64,000 nt of DNA from Candidatus Cloacimonadota bacterium (GTDB taxonomy: Bacteria > Cloacimonadota > Cloacimonadia > Cloacimonadales > Cloacimonadaceae). The stretch is taken from contig JAKOXG010000010.1 in NCBI GenBank assembly GCA_029781115.1, positions 4,582 through 68,581 of the forward strand, written 5' to 3'. The position numbers were made by a program, and so were the translations under genes. Under the pieces are notes generated by a model. It was not told the origin of the DNA, did no database searches, and saw only the letters and a program-made list of their open reading frames with translations. Position 1 is the first letter of the stretch. Each line of letters begins with the position of its first letter. This document shows, in pieces, positions 10,230 to 19,984 of this stretch.

Positions 10230-11384
10230 TTATTTAAAAGCTTCTACGCCGCTGAAATCACGGTAAGGATCAAAGCTCTTCAGGATTTTGTGGTCTTTCT
10301 CGCTGAGGCTGGAGGTGCAGATACGGCTCACCAATTCACCTGTAGCAGGACCCATCATAAAGCCCTGTCCACACATGCCCACTGCGTGCAAGAGGTTGCT
10401 GCATTCTTCTTTGAAGCCGATAATGGGGAAGCCATCCGGGGTCATGGGGTATTGACCTCTCCAAGTGCGCCTAACCTTGAGATATTTCAAGCGTGGATAC
10501 ACTTCCAGGAGGCGCTTTGAGCAATGGGGCAGAAACTGGCTGGTGCTGAGGTTATCCACTCCCAAAATAGCCGGCTCGGGAGTGTAGCAAAAGACCACCT
10601 GTCCTTCGTGGTTTTGATAGAAGTAAAAGTTTGACGATCCTGGTCTGGAGCGCATATCTACTATCATGGGGCCAAAGAATCTGGCTACGGGTTCCGTGAT
10701 GCCGGCTTCATGGTTGTCCGGAAAGACCTGAATCTCGCTGTTTACCAAAGCTCCAATTTCACGGGCAAAACTGCCGGCAGCGTTTACGTAGATGTTGGCG
10801 GTGTATTGTCCTTTATTGGTCTTGCAACTTATTATCTTGTCATCTTGGAGGGTCAGTTCGGTGATCGTTTCGCCAAAACGGAAATCAACGCCTGCTTTGC
10901 GGGCGTGAAAGTACATGGATGAACTTACCAATAGGGGAGAGCAGGATCCATCTTCTGGGGAATAGGTGGAGCCCAGCAGGCCATCGGTATTGATGCCGGG
11001 AACCAGCTCTTCATATTCTTTGCTGTCCACCCAACGGATGTTGAGGCCAAAGCTATGCTGGACCTCCATCATGTCCAGCAACAGGTCTTTATCCTTCTGC
11101 TCCCAAGCTGGATAGCTGTAACCGTTGGAAAGCCAGCCAACTTCATCTCCGCGTTCCTCTTTCCAGTTTTTAAGCAACTCAATGGAGCGTTGGCAGAGCT
11201 GAATCTTGCCAAAATCGCTGTGTGTTGCTCTCACTCCACCGATGGCTTTCTTGTTGCTTTGCTGTCCGGGAGCGTGTTCTGAATCGATGACCAATACTTT
11301 TTGACCCGCTTCGGCCAAGAATAAGGCTGAGGGCAACCCGATAGAGCCGGCGCCGATAACAATCACATCATAAATCTTCTTCAT
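10230..11384 (-). CDS. FAD-dependent oxidoreductase, beta-type subunit (sarcosine oxidase beta / proline dehydrogenase PDH1-beta / OoxB / HcnC-like)
   Basis: N-terminal dinucleotide fold VIVIGAGSIGLPSALFLAEAG, DAO-family length (384 aa). ATGA overlap with the upstream partner gene. Confidence 0.75.
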   Translation of the reverse strand: MKKIYDVIVIGAGSIGLPSALFLAEAGQKVLVIDSEHAPGQQSNKKAIGGVRATHSDFGKIQLCQRSIELLKNWKEERGDEVGWLSNGYSYPAWEQKDKDLLLDMMEVQHSFGLNIRWVDSKEYEELVPGINTDGLLGSTYSPEDGSCSPLLVSSSMYFHARKAGVDFRFGETITELTLQDDKIISCKTNKGQYTANIYVNAAGSFAREIGALVNSEIQVFPDNHEAGITEPVARFFGPMIVDMRSRPGSSNFYFYQNHEGQVVFCYTPEPAILGVDNLSTSQFLPHCSKRLLEVYPRLKYLKVRRTWRGQYPMTPDGFPIIGFKEECSNLLHAVGMCGQGFMMGPATGELVSRICTSSLSEKDHKILKSFDPYRDFSGVEAFK

Positions 11385-13402
11385 TTATACTCTCCATCAG
11401 GGAATATATCTAAAACTGCTTCCACAAAGATCGGGCGTCTGGTATTGGGAACTACCTCTTCTGCAGGAATGCCTTCTTCGCGGATGATGTTGCGGATGAG
11501 GGTGTCGCAAGTCTTGGCACCGCAGGGCCCCATACCCGCTCTGGTGATGGCTTTGATCTGGTTGAGGTCTGTGATGCCTTGTTTGACGAGCTCTCGCACC
11601 TGTTTGGCGGTCACGCGTTCACAGAGGCAGACCAGTGCATCATCTGCCATGCTGGGGCTGATGATGGGCTTATCCAGGGGCAGGGAAACGGATTTATCTT
11701 GCGCCCTGAGTCCTGCCACCTTCATGGAAATAGCAGCGGGAACTTTCACCATTATCAATTGAGTGCGGCGGTCTTTAAAATCTACCACTCTGAAGACAGG
11801 ATATTCGCCCAGCTCGTTGGCATCAATGTCCATGAGCTGGATTACGTCGCCTTTCTTCACCGGAATGCTGCCAATCTCATAGGGAATGGTGACGGTAGGA
11901 GTTTCGCTGTCCTTTCTCTTGTCTACCAAAGTGACAGCCAAACCGGGACAGATTAGCAGGCATCTGAAGCAACCTACGCATTGTCCGCCGTAGATGGGTA
12001 CGCCCATCAGGGTTCCGTCCTCGGTGTGGATGGAATTGTTGGGACACACGGTTGTGCAAGGGTTGCAGGGGATTTCCTGGAGACAATGGAAGACGGGGAA
12101 TAGGTCTTTGCCGGGGTGAGGGTCTTGGTAGCCTTTAATCTTGCCGGGATGGGTTTTGAGCAATTGGGCTTTGGCATACCATTCATCGGGGATCTTGCCC
12201 TCTGAGCCTTCACCGTGCAGGATGTCGTTGGCGATCTTCAGGCCGGCTATCTTGCCATTGAACATGGCAGATGAGGCTTCAGCGATCTCCAAGGCGTCTC
12301 CAGCTGCGTAAACAGGGATGCCGGCAGCTTGAGCCTCTAAAGTGAATTCGCTCAGGGAATCCAGCCCTACGGCTACGAGGATGGTATCGCAGGCAAAGCT
12401 CTTCTCTGTGCCGGCTATGGCCTGGAATTTGGAATCCACTTCGGTGATGGTGACCGATTCTACCATCTCATCGCCATTGGCACTTTTGATTGAGTGCGAG
12501 GTGTAGATGGGAACGCCTAAACGCTTGATCTTGTCAGCATGAACCTTGTAGCCTCCGCACTGAGGCATAGCTTCAGCCAAACCTACTACCTCGATACCTG
12601 CTTGCAATGCATGATAGGCGGCGATCAAGCCAACGTTGCCTCCGCCGATGATAAATAGTCTGTTGGTGGGGCGGACGAGGTCTCTGTTTACGAGGGTTTG
12701 GAACGCTCCTGCACCATAGATACGCGCTAAATGGTTGCCCGGGAAGCGCAAAAACTTCTCTCTGGCGCCCGCAGCATTGAGGATGCGTTTTGGGATAACC
12801 AGCTTGTAGACGCCGTCTTTGATCACACCTACTTTCTTGTCGCTAAAGACAAAAAGTACGGTGCTATTGGTCCACACTTCTACGCTTTCTTGGGCTCTTA
12901 CTTCCAGGGAAAGCAGTTCAGCGATGTCGTGGCCTCTGGTGCCGGCGCGACTATCTTGCTCAGAGCCAAAAAACTTATGGGTTTGCAATACCAGCTTGCC
13001 GCCCATAATGTGCTTATCGTCCACCAAAAGGGTGTTTATACCCTTCTTGCCCAGCTCAATCGCAGCAGAAAGCCCTGATGGACCACCGCCGATGATCAAT
13101 ACTTCAGTGTGGATTTCTTCTATTTTCGCTCGCTGGGAAGGGCCTGTCTCCAGAGGAACTTCAGGCAGCCCCTCGGCGCTCTTCACGATCATGCCCGCTT
13201 TCACTTCTGTCATGCAGGCTTTGACCGGCACGCCGTTGGCGATTACAGTGCACTTTGCGCACTGACCATTGGCGCAAAAGATGCCTTGAGCGCTATCATC
13301 TGCGTGGTGATGACCAAAAATGTAAATCCCATTGGCTATGAGGGCTGAAGCTATCATCTCACCTTCATAGGCCAACATGGTCTGGGAATTGAATTCAAAC
13401 AT
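11381..13402 (-). CDS. Multi-cofactor oxidoreductase alpha-type subunit (2Fe-2S + FAD/NAD(P) + 4Fe-4S + BFD-like 2Fe-2S)
   Basis: Motifs: CANGQCAKCT, VLIIGGGPSGLSAA, LFIIGGGNVGLIAA, CNPCTTVCP, CVGCFRCLLICP and CLCERV...CGAKTC. The ORF track extends to 13525. MFEFNSQTM at 13402, with a purine-rich RBS, fits the family N-terminus better. Confidence 0.7.
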   Translation of the reverse strand: MFEFNSQTMLAYEGEMIASALIANGIYIFGHHHADDSAQGIFCANGQCAKCTVIANGVPVKACMTEVKAGMIVKSAEGLPEVPLETGPSQRAKIEEIHTEVLIIGGGPSGLSAAIELGKKGINTLLVDDKHIMGGKLVLQTHKFFGSEQDSRAGTRGHDIAELLSLEVRAQESVEVWTNSTVLFVFSDKKVGVIKDGVYKLVIPKRILNAAGAREKFLRFPGNHLARIYGAGAFQTLVNRDLVRPTNRLFIIGGGNVGLIAAYHALQAGIEVVGLAEAMPQCGGYKVHADKIKRLGVPIYTSHSIKSANGDEMVESVTITEVDSKFQAIAGTEKSFACDTILVAVGLDSLSEFTLEAQAAGIPVYAAGDALEIAEASSAMFNGKIAGLKIANDILHGEGSEGKIPDEWYAKAQLLKTHPGKIKGYQDPHPGKDLFPVFHCLQEIPCNPCTTVCPNNSIHTEDGTLMGVPIYGGQCVGCFRCLLICPGLAVTLVDKRKDSETPTVTIPYEIGSIPVKKGDVIQLMDIDANELGEYPVFRVVDFKDRRTQLIMVKVPAAISMKVAGLRAQDKSVSLPLDKPIISPSMADDALVCLCERVTAKQVRELVKQGITDLNQIKAITRAGMGPCGAKTCDTLIRNIIREEGIPAEEVVPNTRRPIFVEAVLDIFPDGEYK

Positions 13403-13545
13403 TATTTCTTTCTTCCGAGGCACCGGAAGAATGGGGTGTTGTTTTATCCTATGACTTCCCATTGATGCGGAAACTCCTTGTATACTATCTTGATCCCAAT
13501 TGTTTGATTTGGGCTTACCTGTCAAGCAAAACCCAACGCTGACTT

Positions 13546-14178
13546 TTACCGATCGCCTAAGTCATATTGGAGATAGGCGTTTAGCATATATAAGACCTTA
13601 TCAAAGTTTTTGTCTCCGAAGATGATTACGTCGGCGTTTTTCTTGCTGGTCTCGATAAAAGCCTGATGTGAAGGCCGCACGGTTTGCGTGTACTGCGTCA
13701 ATACTGTATCCACATCAAAGCCACGCTCCACTGTGTCCCTTTGAATGCGCCTTGCCAAGCGGATATCGGCGTCTGTATCCACGTAAATCTTGAGGTCTGA
13801 GAGCTTGATCAGTTCCGGATAGTAGAGGGCAAAGATGCCTTCCAGAATCACCACTTCGGCGTTGGCAATGCAGAGCTTGCCCTCGCTACGGCTGTGGGTG
13901 ACAAAGTCATATTCCGGCACGTTTACCGCTTCACCGGCCAACATCTTGTGCAGGTCTTCCAAGAGATAATCCAGATCTATGGCAGCAGGATGATCAAAAT
14001 TGACCTTCATCGCCTCTTCATGAGGCAGGTGAGAGAGGTCTTTGTAGTAGTTGTCATGAGAGATGATCACATACTTGAGCCCGATGATGCGCTTGCCAAT
14101 TGCCTTGGCTATGGTGGTCTTGCCGGAGCAAGTGCCGCCACCAATCAGGATCAAGCGTGTTTTAACGTCCTTATTCAT
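13546..14178 (-). CDS. udk: Uridine kinase
   Basis: P-loop GGGTCSGKTT, HDNYY and later Udk-like motifs. 210 aa. Confidence 0.85.
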   Translation of the reverse strand: MNKDVKTRLILIGGGTCSGKTTIAKAIGKRIIGLKYVIISHDNYYKDLSHLPHEEAMKVNFDHPAAIDLDYLLEDLHKMLAGEAVNVPEYDFVTHSRSEGKLCIANAEVVILEGIFALYYPELIKLSDLKIYVDTDADIRLARRIQRDTVERGFDVDTVLTQYTQTVRPSHQAFIETSKKNADVIIFGDKNFDKVLYMLNAYLQYDLGDR

Positions 14179-14193
14179 GCGCTGATAGCTCCG

Positions 14194-16083
14194 TCAGTAG
14201 GCAAACACAATGCCCGAAATGGGGAAGATCCATTGATCTGCCGCGGTTTGAACAGTTACGCTACCCGGGCTGTGGGAGACCTTGGGAAACCTGTTTTGTC
14301 CCGAAAAGATGGGCACTATCTCCATGTTTTGGATCTCTTCCGGGTAGCTGAGCTTCACTTTCACACCGTGGGTGAGCTCGTTTATATATACAGAAAACTG
14401 GTGCGAGGCTTTAGGGTAGTAGGATTGCACCTCAATGCCAAAGGCAACCTCCTTGCCCACCAAGTTCTTGAGTTGCGGGTGCTCACAGCGGATTTCAATG
14501 CAGGAATCGGCTATTTTGAGGCTGGTATCCAAGAGCAGGTCATTCACATACACTTGGGTGAGATGGAAGTAATCTTCGCTGAGTGTGATGCTGTTGTCCA
14601 AGAGCCAGCGATACTCCACATCTCGCTTGATAAAGTAGCGGTTTAGTGACTGAGCGTTGTTTGCACAAGCCACTATGAAATAATCGTTTTGCAGCACTTT
14701 CTTAAAGTTAAGCTTCATGGTGGCTTGCCAATGGTTTTCTTTGTTGCAGGCTGCCAATTTGATGTCGTAAAAGAAGTCTTTTCTATAGTGGATGTCCTGG
14801 TCTTTATTGAAGAAGAAGTGCTTCAGTATCTCCCTTGAGATCAGCTCGCCCATTTCTTCATTTTGCAGCCTTTGAGAGATAGCTGATTGGATGATTTGAC
14901 TCAGTTTAATGTCGCTGAAGTCGCTGGAAACAAAGTCTCTCCTGGCCAGAGGCGTGCTATGGGAAACCGCATCATTCTCCAGGTAATAACGCTTGGCTCG
15001 GCGTCCCACTTGGCAGAGGAGCTCATAGGAAGAGCCCTTGTAGAGTTGACTGAGCTCTTCGGGTCGCAGCTGATCGATTGCGCCCATCAAGACCACTTCA
15101 TCCATCAGCTTGGCATCCGGAATCTGGCTGATATCCACACAGATCATGTCCATGCTCACTTTGCCTATTACTTCGCAGAGCTGGGAGCGGATGCTTACCT
15201 TGGCTTTATTGGAGAGCATAAAGTCGTATCCATCTGCATAACCAACTGGGACGATAGCATATGTGCTGTTTTTGGGGGCTATCCAACTTAGGTTGTAGCC
15301 CAAACCTTCACCCTTTTTGATCTGCTTGATCTGAGCGATGCGGGATTTGAAGCTCATTACGGTCTTGAGCTGTATTTTATCCTTTTGGGATGCGTCTGTA
15401 TAAACGCCAAAGCTGAGTATACCCAGTCTTGCCATGTTGGACATTCCCAGGAGTTTATTCACTACGGCGCTGGAGTTTGCAATGTGGATAAACTCTGGCT
15501 GTGGCTGCATTTGGGTTATTATGGATTCAAAACGCTGAAGCTGTGATGTCGAGAACTCGATATCTTCCTCAGAGGCAGCAAAGTGAGAGCATACACCCTC
15601 AATATTGATCTGGGATAGCGATTTTGCCTCATGATACAGCTCTTCAAATTGCTCCAGCGCTACACCGCTGCGATGCATGCCACTGTCCAGCTTCAGGTGA
15701 ATATCGATACGCTTATTGTGCTTGAGAGCCTCTTTCTGCAGAGCCTCCGCAAAGCTGAGCTGTGAAACGCAGGGTTTTAGATCGTAGTCAATGATCTGCT
15801 CAATCTCATTTTCCAAAGAGGGAGAAAGGATCAGGATGGGAGCTTTGCAACCCTGGATGCGCAACAGCTTCCCTTCTTCCACGTTTGCCACCCCGAGGTA
15901 TTTAGCCCCTTCACTGATGGCTACGCGCCCAATCTCCAGTGCACCGTGTCCGTAAGCATCTGCTTTCACTATCTGCATGAAAGCTACGTCCTGAGGCAAG
16001 AGGCTCTTTAGCTGCTTCAGGTTGTGTCTGAAAGCGGCTAAGTCTATCTCCACCCAGGAGCGGTCAAAAATCGTCGTATCCAT
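14194..16083 (-). CDS. alr: Alanine racemase fused to an about 250-aa C-terminal domain of unknown function
   Basis: PLP-lysine motif VKADAYGHG and second catalytic region VPVGYADGY. The racemase part ends near residue 375. Residues 375-629 show no motif I recognise. Confidence 0.8.
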   Translation of the reverse strand: MDTTIFDRSWVEIDLAAFRHNLKQLKSLLPQDVAFMQIVKADAYGHGALEIGRVAISEGAKYLGVANVEEGKLLRIQGCKAPILILSPSLENEIEQIIDYDLKPCVSQLSFAEALQKEALKHNKRIDIHLKLDSGMHRSGVALEQFEELYHEAKSLSQINIEGVCSHFAASEEDIEFSTSQLQRFESIITQMQPQPEFIHIANSSAVVNKLLGMSNMARLGILSFGVYTDASQKDKIQLKTVMSFKSRIAQIKQIKKGEGLGYNLSWIAPKNSTYAIVPVGYADGYDFMLSNKAKVSIRSQLCEVIGKVSMDMICVDISQIPDAKLMDEVVLMGAIDQLRPEELSQLYKGSSYELLCQVGRRAKRYYLENDAVSHSTPLARRDFVSSDFSDIKLSQIIQSAISQRLQNEEMGELISREILKHFFFNKDQDIHYRKDFFYDIKLAACNKENHWQATMKLNFKKVLQNDYFIVACANNAQSLNRYFIKRDVEYRWLLDNSITLSEDYFHLTQVYVNDLLLDTSLKIADSCIEIRCEHPQLKNLVGKEVAFGIEVQSYYPKASHQFSVYINELTHGVKVKLSYPEEIQNMEIVPIFSGQNRFPKVSHSPGSVTVQTAADQWIFPISGIVFAY

Positions 16084-16086
16084 AGT

Positions 16087-17421
16087 TTAAAAGTATTTCG
16101 CAGCCAAGTCTGCCAGTTTGGAGCGTTCGCCTTTATCCAGGGTCATATGTCCTACAAGATCCTCAGCCTTAAGCTTTTCTACTGCTACGCTCAGGCCATT
16201 GCTCTGAGAATCCAGATAGGGGATATCTATCTGGTAGGGATCGCCTGTGAGCACCAATTTGGTGTTTTCGCCCGCACGCGTGATGATGGTCTTCATCTCA
16301 TGTGGCGTGAGGTTTTGCGCTTCGTCTATGATGATAAACTGGTCTGGAAGGCTGCGCCCCCGAATGTAGGTGAGGGGCTCCAATTCCAAGAGTCCATAGT
16401 CGATGAAGTCTTCGATAGACGGTCTCTTTTTGCCTTTACCAAAGGATTCCGAATCGTCTTTGAGCGAAAGCAGGATGTCCATATTGTCGTAGATGGGTTG
16501 CATCCAAGGGTTAAACTTCTCATTCTTAGTCCCTGGCAGATAGCCTAAGTCTTTCCCCAAAGGTGAGATGGGACGTGAGATCACCAGGCGGGAATACTGG
16601 TTTTCTTCCACCACTTTCTGCAAGCCGGCTGCCATGGCCAGTAGCGTCTTACCTGTACCTGCGATACCAGAAAGACTCACCAGGCGGATGCTATCATCCA
16701 TCAGCAGATCCAGCGCCATTTCCTGCTCAAAGTTGCGTGCGGTGATCCCGAATATCGATTGTCCGGTATAATATTGCAACTCGTAAAAGCTGTTTGCGGA
16801 AGCCATATACTTCATGAGGCGCGTCTTTTGCTCATCTTCCTTTTGAACAAAGCGCACAAACTCATGCGGATAGAAATCTCCAAAGGTATTGGGGAGATAT
16901 TTTTTTGTCATCATCTCGTTAAAGGCATCCTCATCCAATTCTATGGATTTCCAACCGGTGAAAAACTCGTCAAACTTGATGGTGTCGGTCTCAAAGTTTT
17001 CCGCGTTGATGCCCACGCAATCCGCTTTGATGCGGACATTTACATCCTTGGAGACCAGCGTCACCTCGTGATCCGGATATTTGTTTTTAAAGTAAAGAGC
17101 GGTGCCGATGACCAGGTTATCGTTTTTATCCAAGAAAAGCAAATTGTCCGCAGCTTCGGTAACGTCTTTATTTACGCTCACTTGGATGATGCCACCGGTT
17201 TCGGTCTTTACCCCTTCCTGCAGAGAACCCTGGGAACGCAGGGAATCAAGGTAACGGCCGATCTGCCGTGCATTTCTACTCTTCTCATCAACCCCTTTTT
17301 TGAACATGTCCACTTCTTCCAGCACCACGATCGGAATCACAACCCGGTGTTCATCAAAAGAAAACAGAGCCTGAGGGTTATGGATCAAGACGTTGGTGTC
17401 TAAAATGAAAATCTTCTGCAT
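16087..17421 (-). CDS. PIN domain + PhoH-like ATPase (PhoH2/YlaK type)
   Basis: PIN N-terminus (FILDTNVLIH), Walker A GIAGTGKTLLA and DEAQN Walker B. AAGGAAG RBS precedes the ATG at 17421, so the ORF-track start at 17502 is probably too long. Confidence 0.85.
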   Translation of the reverse strand: MQKIFILDTNVLIHNPQALFSFDEHRVVIPIVVLEEVDMFKKGVDEKSRNARQIGRYLDSLRSQGSLQEGVKTETGGIIQVSVNKDVTEAADNLLFLDKNDNLVIGTALYFKNKYPDHEVTLVSKDVNVRIKADCVGINAENFETDTIKFDEFFTGWKSIELDEDAFNEMMTKKYLPNTFGDFYPHEFVRFVQKEDEQKTRLMKYMASANSFYELQYYTGQSIFGITARNFEQEMALDLLMDDSIRLVSLSGIAGTGKTLLAMAAGLQKVVEENQYSRLVISRPISPLGKDLGYLPGTKNEKFNPWMQPIYDNMDILLSLKDDSESFGKGKKRPSIEDFIDYGLLELEPLTYIRGRSLPDQFIIIDEAQNLTPHEMKTIITRAGENTKLVLTGDPYQIDIPYLDSQSNGLSVAVEKLKAEDLVGHMTLDKGERSKLADLAAKYF

Positions 17422-17638
17422 TATATCTACTTCCTTTCTTGGCTTTTGAGGCACCAAACAAGGCTGCGAGCTGCAAACCATCAGATAGCTGGCAGGTCTC
17501 AACCATATTCGGCTCTGGATATGATATGCTAACTACATCCATTGAGCAAACATTTATCACTCCCCTCCATCCGTCAAGCTATTCTTTTCCTGCGTGCCCC
17601 AAGTTGGCTATACAACACTAAATATCCGGGCAAAAAAA

Positions 17639-17726
17639 TGGTGCTGAAGGGGGGACTCGAACCCCCATGAGCGTACTGCTCACTAGTCCCTGAAACTAGC
17701 GTGTATACCAATTTCACCACTTCAGC
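17639..17726 (-). tRNA. tRNA-Leu (anticodon CAG), long variable arm, encoded CCA
   Basis: Acceptor GCTGAAG/CTTCAGC, anticodon stem CTAGT/ACTAG with loop TTCAGGG, T-arm GGGGG-TTCGAGT-CCCCC. 88 nt. Confidence 0.9.
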
Positions 17727-17810
17727 ACTGAGTGTGTTACCATTCTTGGGAGAGGCTGGATTTGTCAAGCTGATTTTTTGTGTCGTCTATAGGCATGGTG
17801 GACTATTCCA

Positions 17811-17846
17811 AAAGGAAAAACCGGACACCACACTTGGCATCCGGTT
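17811..17846 (-). terminator. Rho-independent terminator after htpG
   Basis: On the minus strand, AACCGGA...TCCGGTT stem followed by TTTTTCCTTTT. Confidence 0.65.
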
Positions 17847-17872
17847 CGTCTATCTGTCGGAGAGGAAAGTGG

Positions 17873-19861
17873 TTATATCAGGTTTAGCACAGAGTTCGCT
17901 CTGTCGATGAACTCCTTGAGTTCTGTTCCAGTAAAAGGTTTCTGCTCCAAGAGGGAGAGGCTGTGAATGTAGGCGCAGAGGTTGTCCACTTCTTCATGCT
18001 TGCCTTCGGAATCCAGCTCCAAGATGCGCTTGATCACAGGGTTGTTCCGATTGATTACCAGTGTATGATACTTTAGCAAATCTCCGGTGGCTTGACGCGT
18101 GATGGCGTCCATATCATGCCAGCGACGCATATATTCGCTAAAGACGATCATGGAGGGGATGTCCGCGCTCTTGAGAGATTTCACTTCCACGGTGAGCTCT
18201 TTATAGACGTGGTTCATGAGCTCATCGAAGGCCTCTTGTCCGAGCTCCTCACGTGTTTCTTTTGAAAGCTCGTAGGGCAGGATTTTGGATTGCTTACCAT
18301 CCTGGATGATGTGGGGTGTGAGCAACAGGGATGCCTGAGGGTATTTCTTGAAATACTCTTTGAGGCTCTCCTCGCTGAAGGATGCTTCTATCTTCTGATC
18401 CAGGCCACGGTAGAAGATCTCGATGAGGCGCTGCGCTTCCTCTTGGTCTGCTGCGTCTGCCTTGTCTTCCAAAAGCTCGTTGATTTCGCTGTCCACACGC
18501 ATGAATTCTACGTTTTCCAGCTTGCTTTCCAGCATTTGGTAGAGGTGTGTATCCAGGGGTGAGGATTGGAAAATCACTTCCAAGCCTTGCTCTTTCATCA
18601 GGTTCAGGTAGCTCACCTGCGTATCTTCCGAAGCGGCATACCAGATGCGGGTCTTGCCCTCTGTCACCTGATTGCGGGTCTTGTATTCCTCCACAGTGAC
18701 GTAGTCGCCCGAAGCGGTCTTAAAGATGATGATATCCTTCAGTGCTTCAAAAAAATCCGCTTCCTTGAGCAGGCCATATTTCACGAAGGGTTGGATGTCA
18801 TCCCAGTATTCCTCATACTTCTTACGGTCGTTTTTGAAGGTGTCGATAAAGTGGTCTGCCACCTTCTTCACGATGTATTTACTGATCTTTTGCACCTGTT
18901 TATCGTTTTGCAAGAAGCTGCGTGAGACGTTGAGCGGGATATCCGGAATGTCTATACCGCCTTTGAGGAGAAGCAGGAAGTCTGGGATGAGGTCTTCCAG
19001 GTTGTCCGCCACGAAGACGTTGTTGCAGTAGAGTTTAACCTCTCCTTTGAAGTAGTCCGGATCGTTGCGGAACTTGGGGAGATAGAGGATCCCCTTGAGG
19101 TTGAAGGGAAAATCCACGTTGAGGTGAATCCAGAAGACGGGCTCCTTGTAGTCGTTGAAGATGTCCTGGTAAAACTTGATGTATTCTTCTGAAGTGACAT
19201 CGGTGGGTTTGCGGTTCCAGAGAGCTTCCTTGATGTTCACCTGCTCGTCTTTGAACATGATGGGCCATTCCATGAAGTTGCAATAGCGCTTCAGGATTTC
19301 CTTGATTTTGGCTTCACTGGCGTATTCCTGAGATTCTTCATTGAAATAGAGCGTAATGGTGGTGCCCACTTCCTTTTGCTTACCTGCTTTCATGATGTAT
19401 TCGGTGCTGCCATCGCATTCCCAGTAGGCGGCGGTGGCACCTTCTTCCCAGGAAAGAGAATCGATCGTAACCTTCTCAGCCACCATAAAGGCGGAATAGA
19501 AGCCCAAACCAAAGTGACCGATGATGTTTGCCTGCACGTCTTTGAAGCGATTCACAAACTCTTCTGCACCGGAAAAGGCGATCTGATTGATATATTTGCG
19601 GATCTCGTCGGCAGTCATGCCGATGCCGGTATCGATGATCTGCAGGGTCTTCTTCTTTTCGTCAAGCTTGATGGTGATCTTCATCTTGTCTGCATCAAAA
19701 GTTTCGTCTGCGTATTTGCGCTTGTTGATGGCGTCAACAGCATTGGAGACGAGCTCACGCAGGAAGATGTCATGCTGCGAGTAGAGCCACTTTTTGATGA
19801 TGGGGAAGATGTTTTCAGTGTGGATGCTCAGTGATCCTTTTTCTGTCTTTTTATCTGCCAT
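17873..19861 (-). CDS. htpG: Molecular chaperone HtpG (Hsp90)
   Basis: N-terminal GHKL ATPase motifs (FLRELVSNAVDA, DTGIGMT, GHFGLGFYSAFMVA). 662 aa. Confidence 0.95.
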   Translation of the reverse strand: MADKKTEKGSLSIHTENIFPIIKKWLYSQHDIFLRELVSNAVDAINKRKYADETFDADKMKITIKLDEKKKTLQIIDTGIGMTADEIRKYINQIAFSGAEEFVNRFKDVQANIIGHFGLGFYSAFMVAEKVTIDSLSWEEGATAAYWECDGSTEYIMKAGKQKEVGTTITLYFNEESQEYASEAKIKEILKRYCNFMEWPIMFKDEQVNIKEALWNRKPTDVTSEEYIKFYQDIFNDYKEPVFWIHLNVDFPFNLKGILYLPKFRNDPDYFKGEVKLYCNNVFVADNLEDLIPDFLLLLKGGIDIPDIPLNVSRSFLQNDKQVQKISKYIVKKVADHFIDTFKNDRKKYEEYWDDIQPFVKYGLLKEADFFEALKDIIIFKTASGDYVTVEEYKTRNQVTEGKTRIWYAASEDTQVSYLNLMKEQGLEVIFQSSPLDTHLYQMLESKLENVEFMRVDSEINELLEDKADAADQEEAQRLIEIFYRGLDQKIEASFSEESLKEYFKKYPQASLLLTPHIIQDGKQSKILPYELSKETREELGQEAFDELMNHVYKELTVEVKSLKSADIPSMIVFSEYMRRWHDMDAITRQATGDLLKYHTLVINRNNPVIKRILELDSEGKHEEVDNLCAYIHSLSLLEQKPFTGTELKEFIDRANSVLNLI

Positions 19862-19897
19862 TAGTATCTCCTATGATCTATCTTGTATTTTAGAGAT

Positions 19898-19925
19898 AAT
19901 TTACACGAGCCGGTGTAATTGTCAA
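19898..19925 (-). promoter_or_regulatory. Sigma70-like promoter of htpG
   Basis: Minus strand TTGACA-N16-TAAATT, about 35 nt upstream of the AGGAGA RBS. Confidence 0.5.
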
Positions 19926-19933
19926 GCCCAAAA

Positions 19934-19960
19934 TTAGCAGTTGAGAGTTGAGAGTGCTTA
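19934..19960. promoter_or_regulatory. CIRCE-like inverted repeat (possible HrcA operator) upstream of htpG
   Basis: Minus strand reads TAAGCACTC-N9-AACTGCTAA. The CIRCE consensus is TTAGCACTC-N9-GAGTGCTAA, so the arms match 8/9 and 7/9. Confidence 0.35.
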
Positions 19961-19984
19961 AATTCAGATGGCACACTGTTTCCT

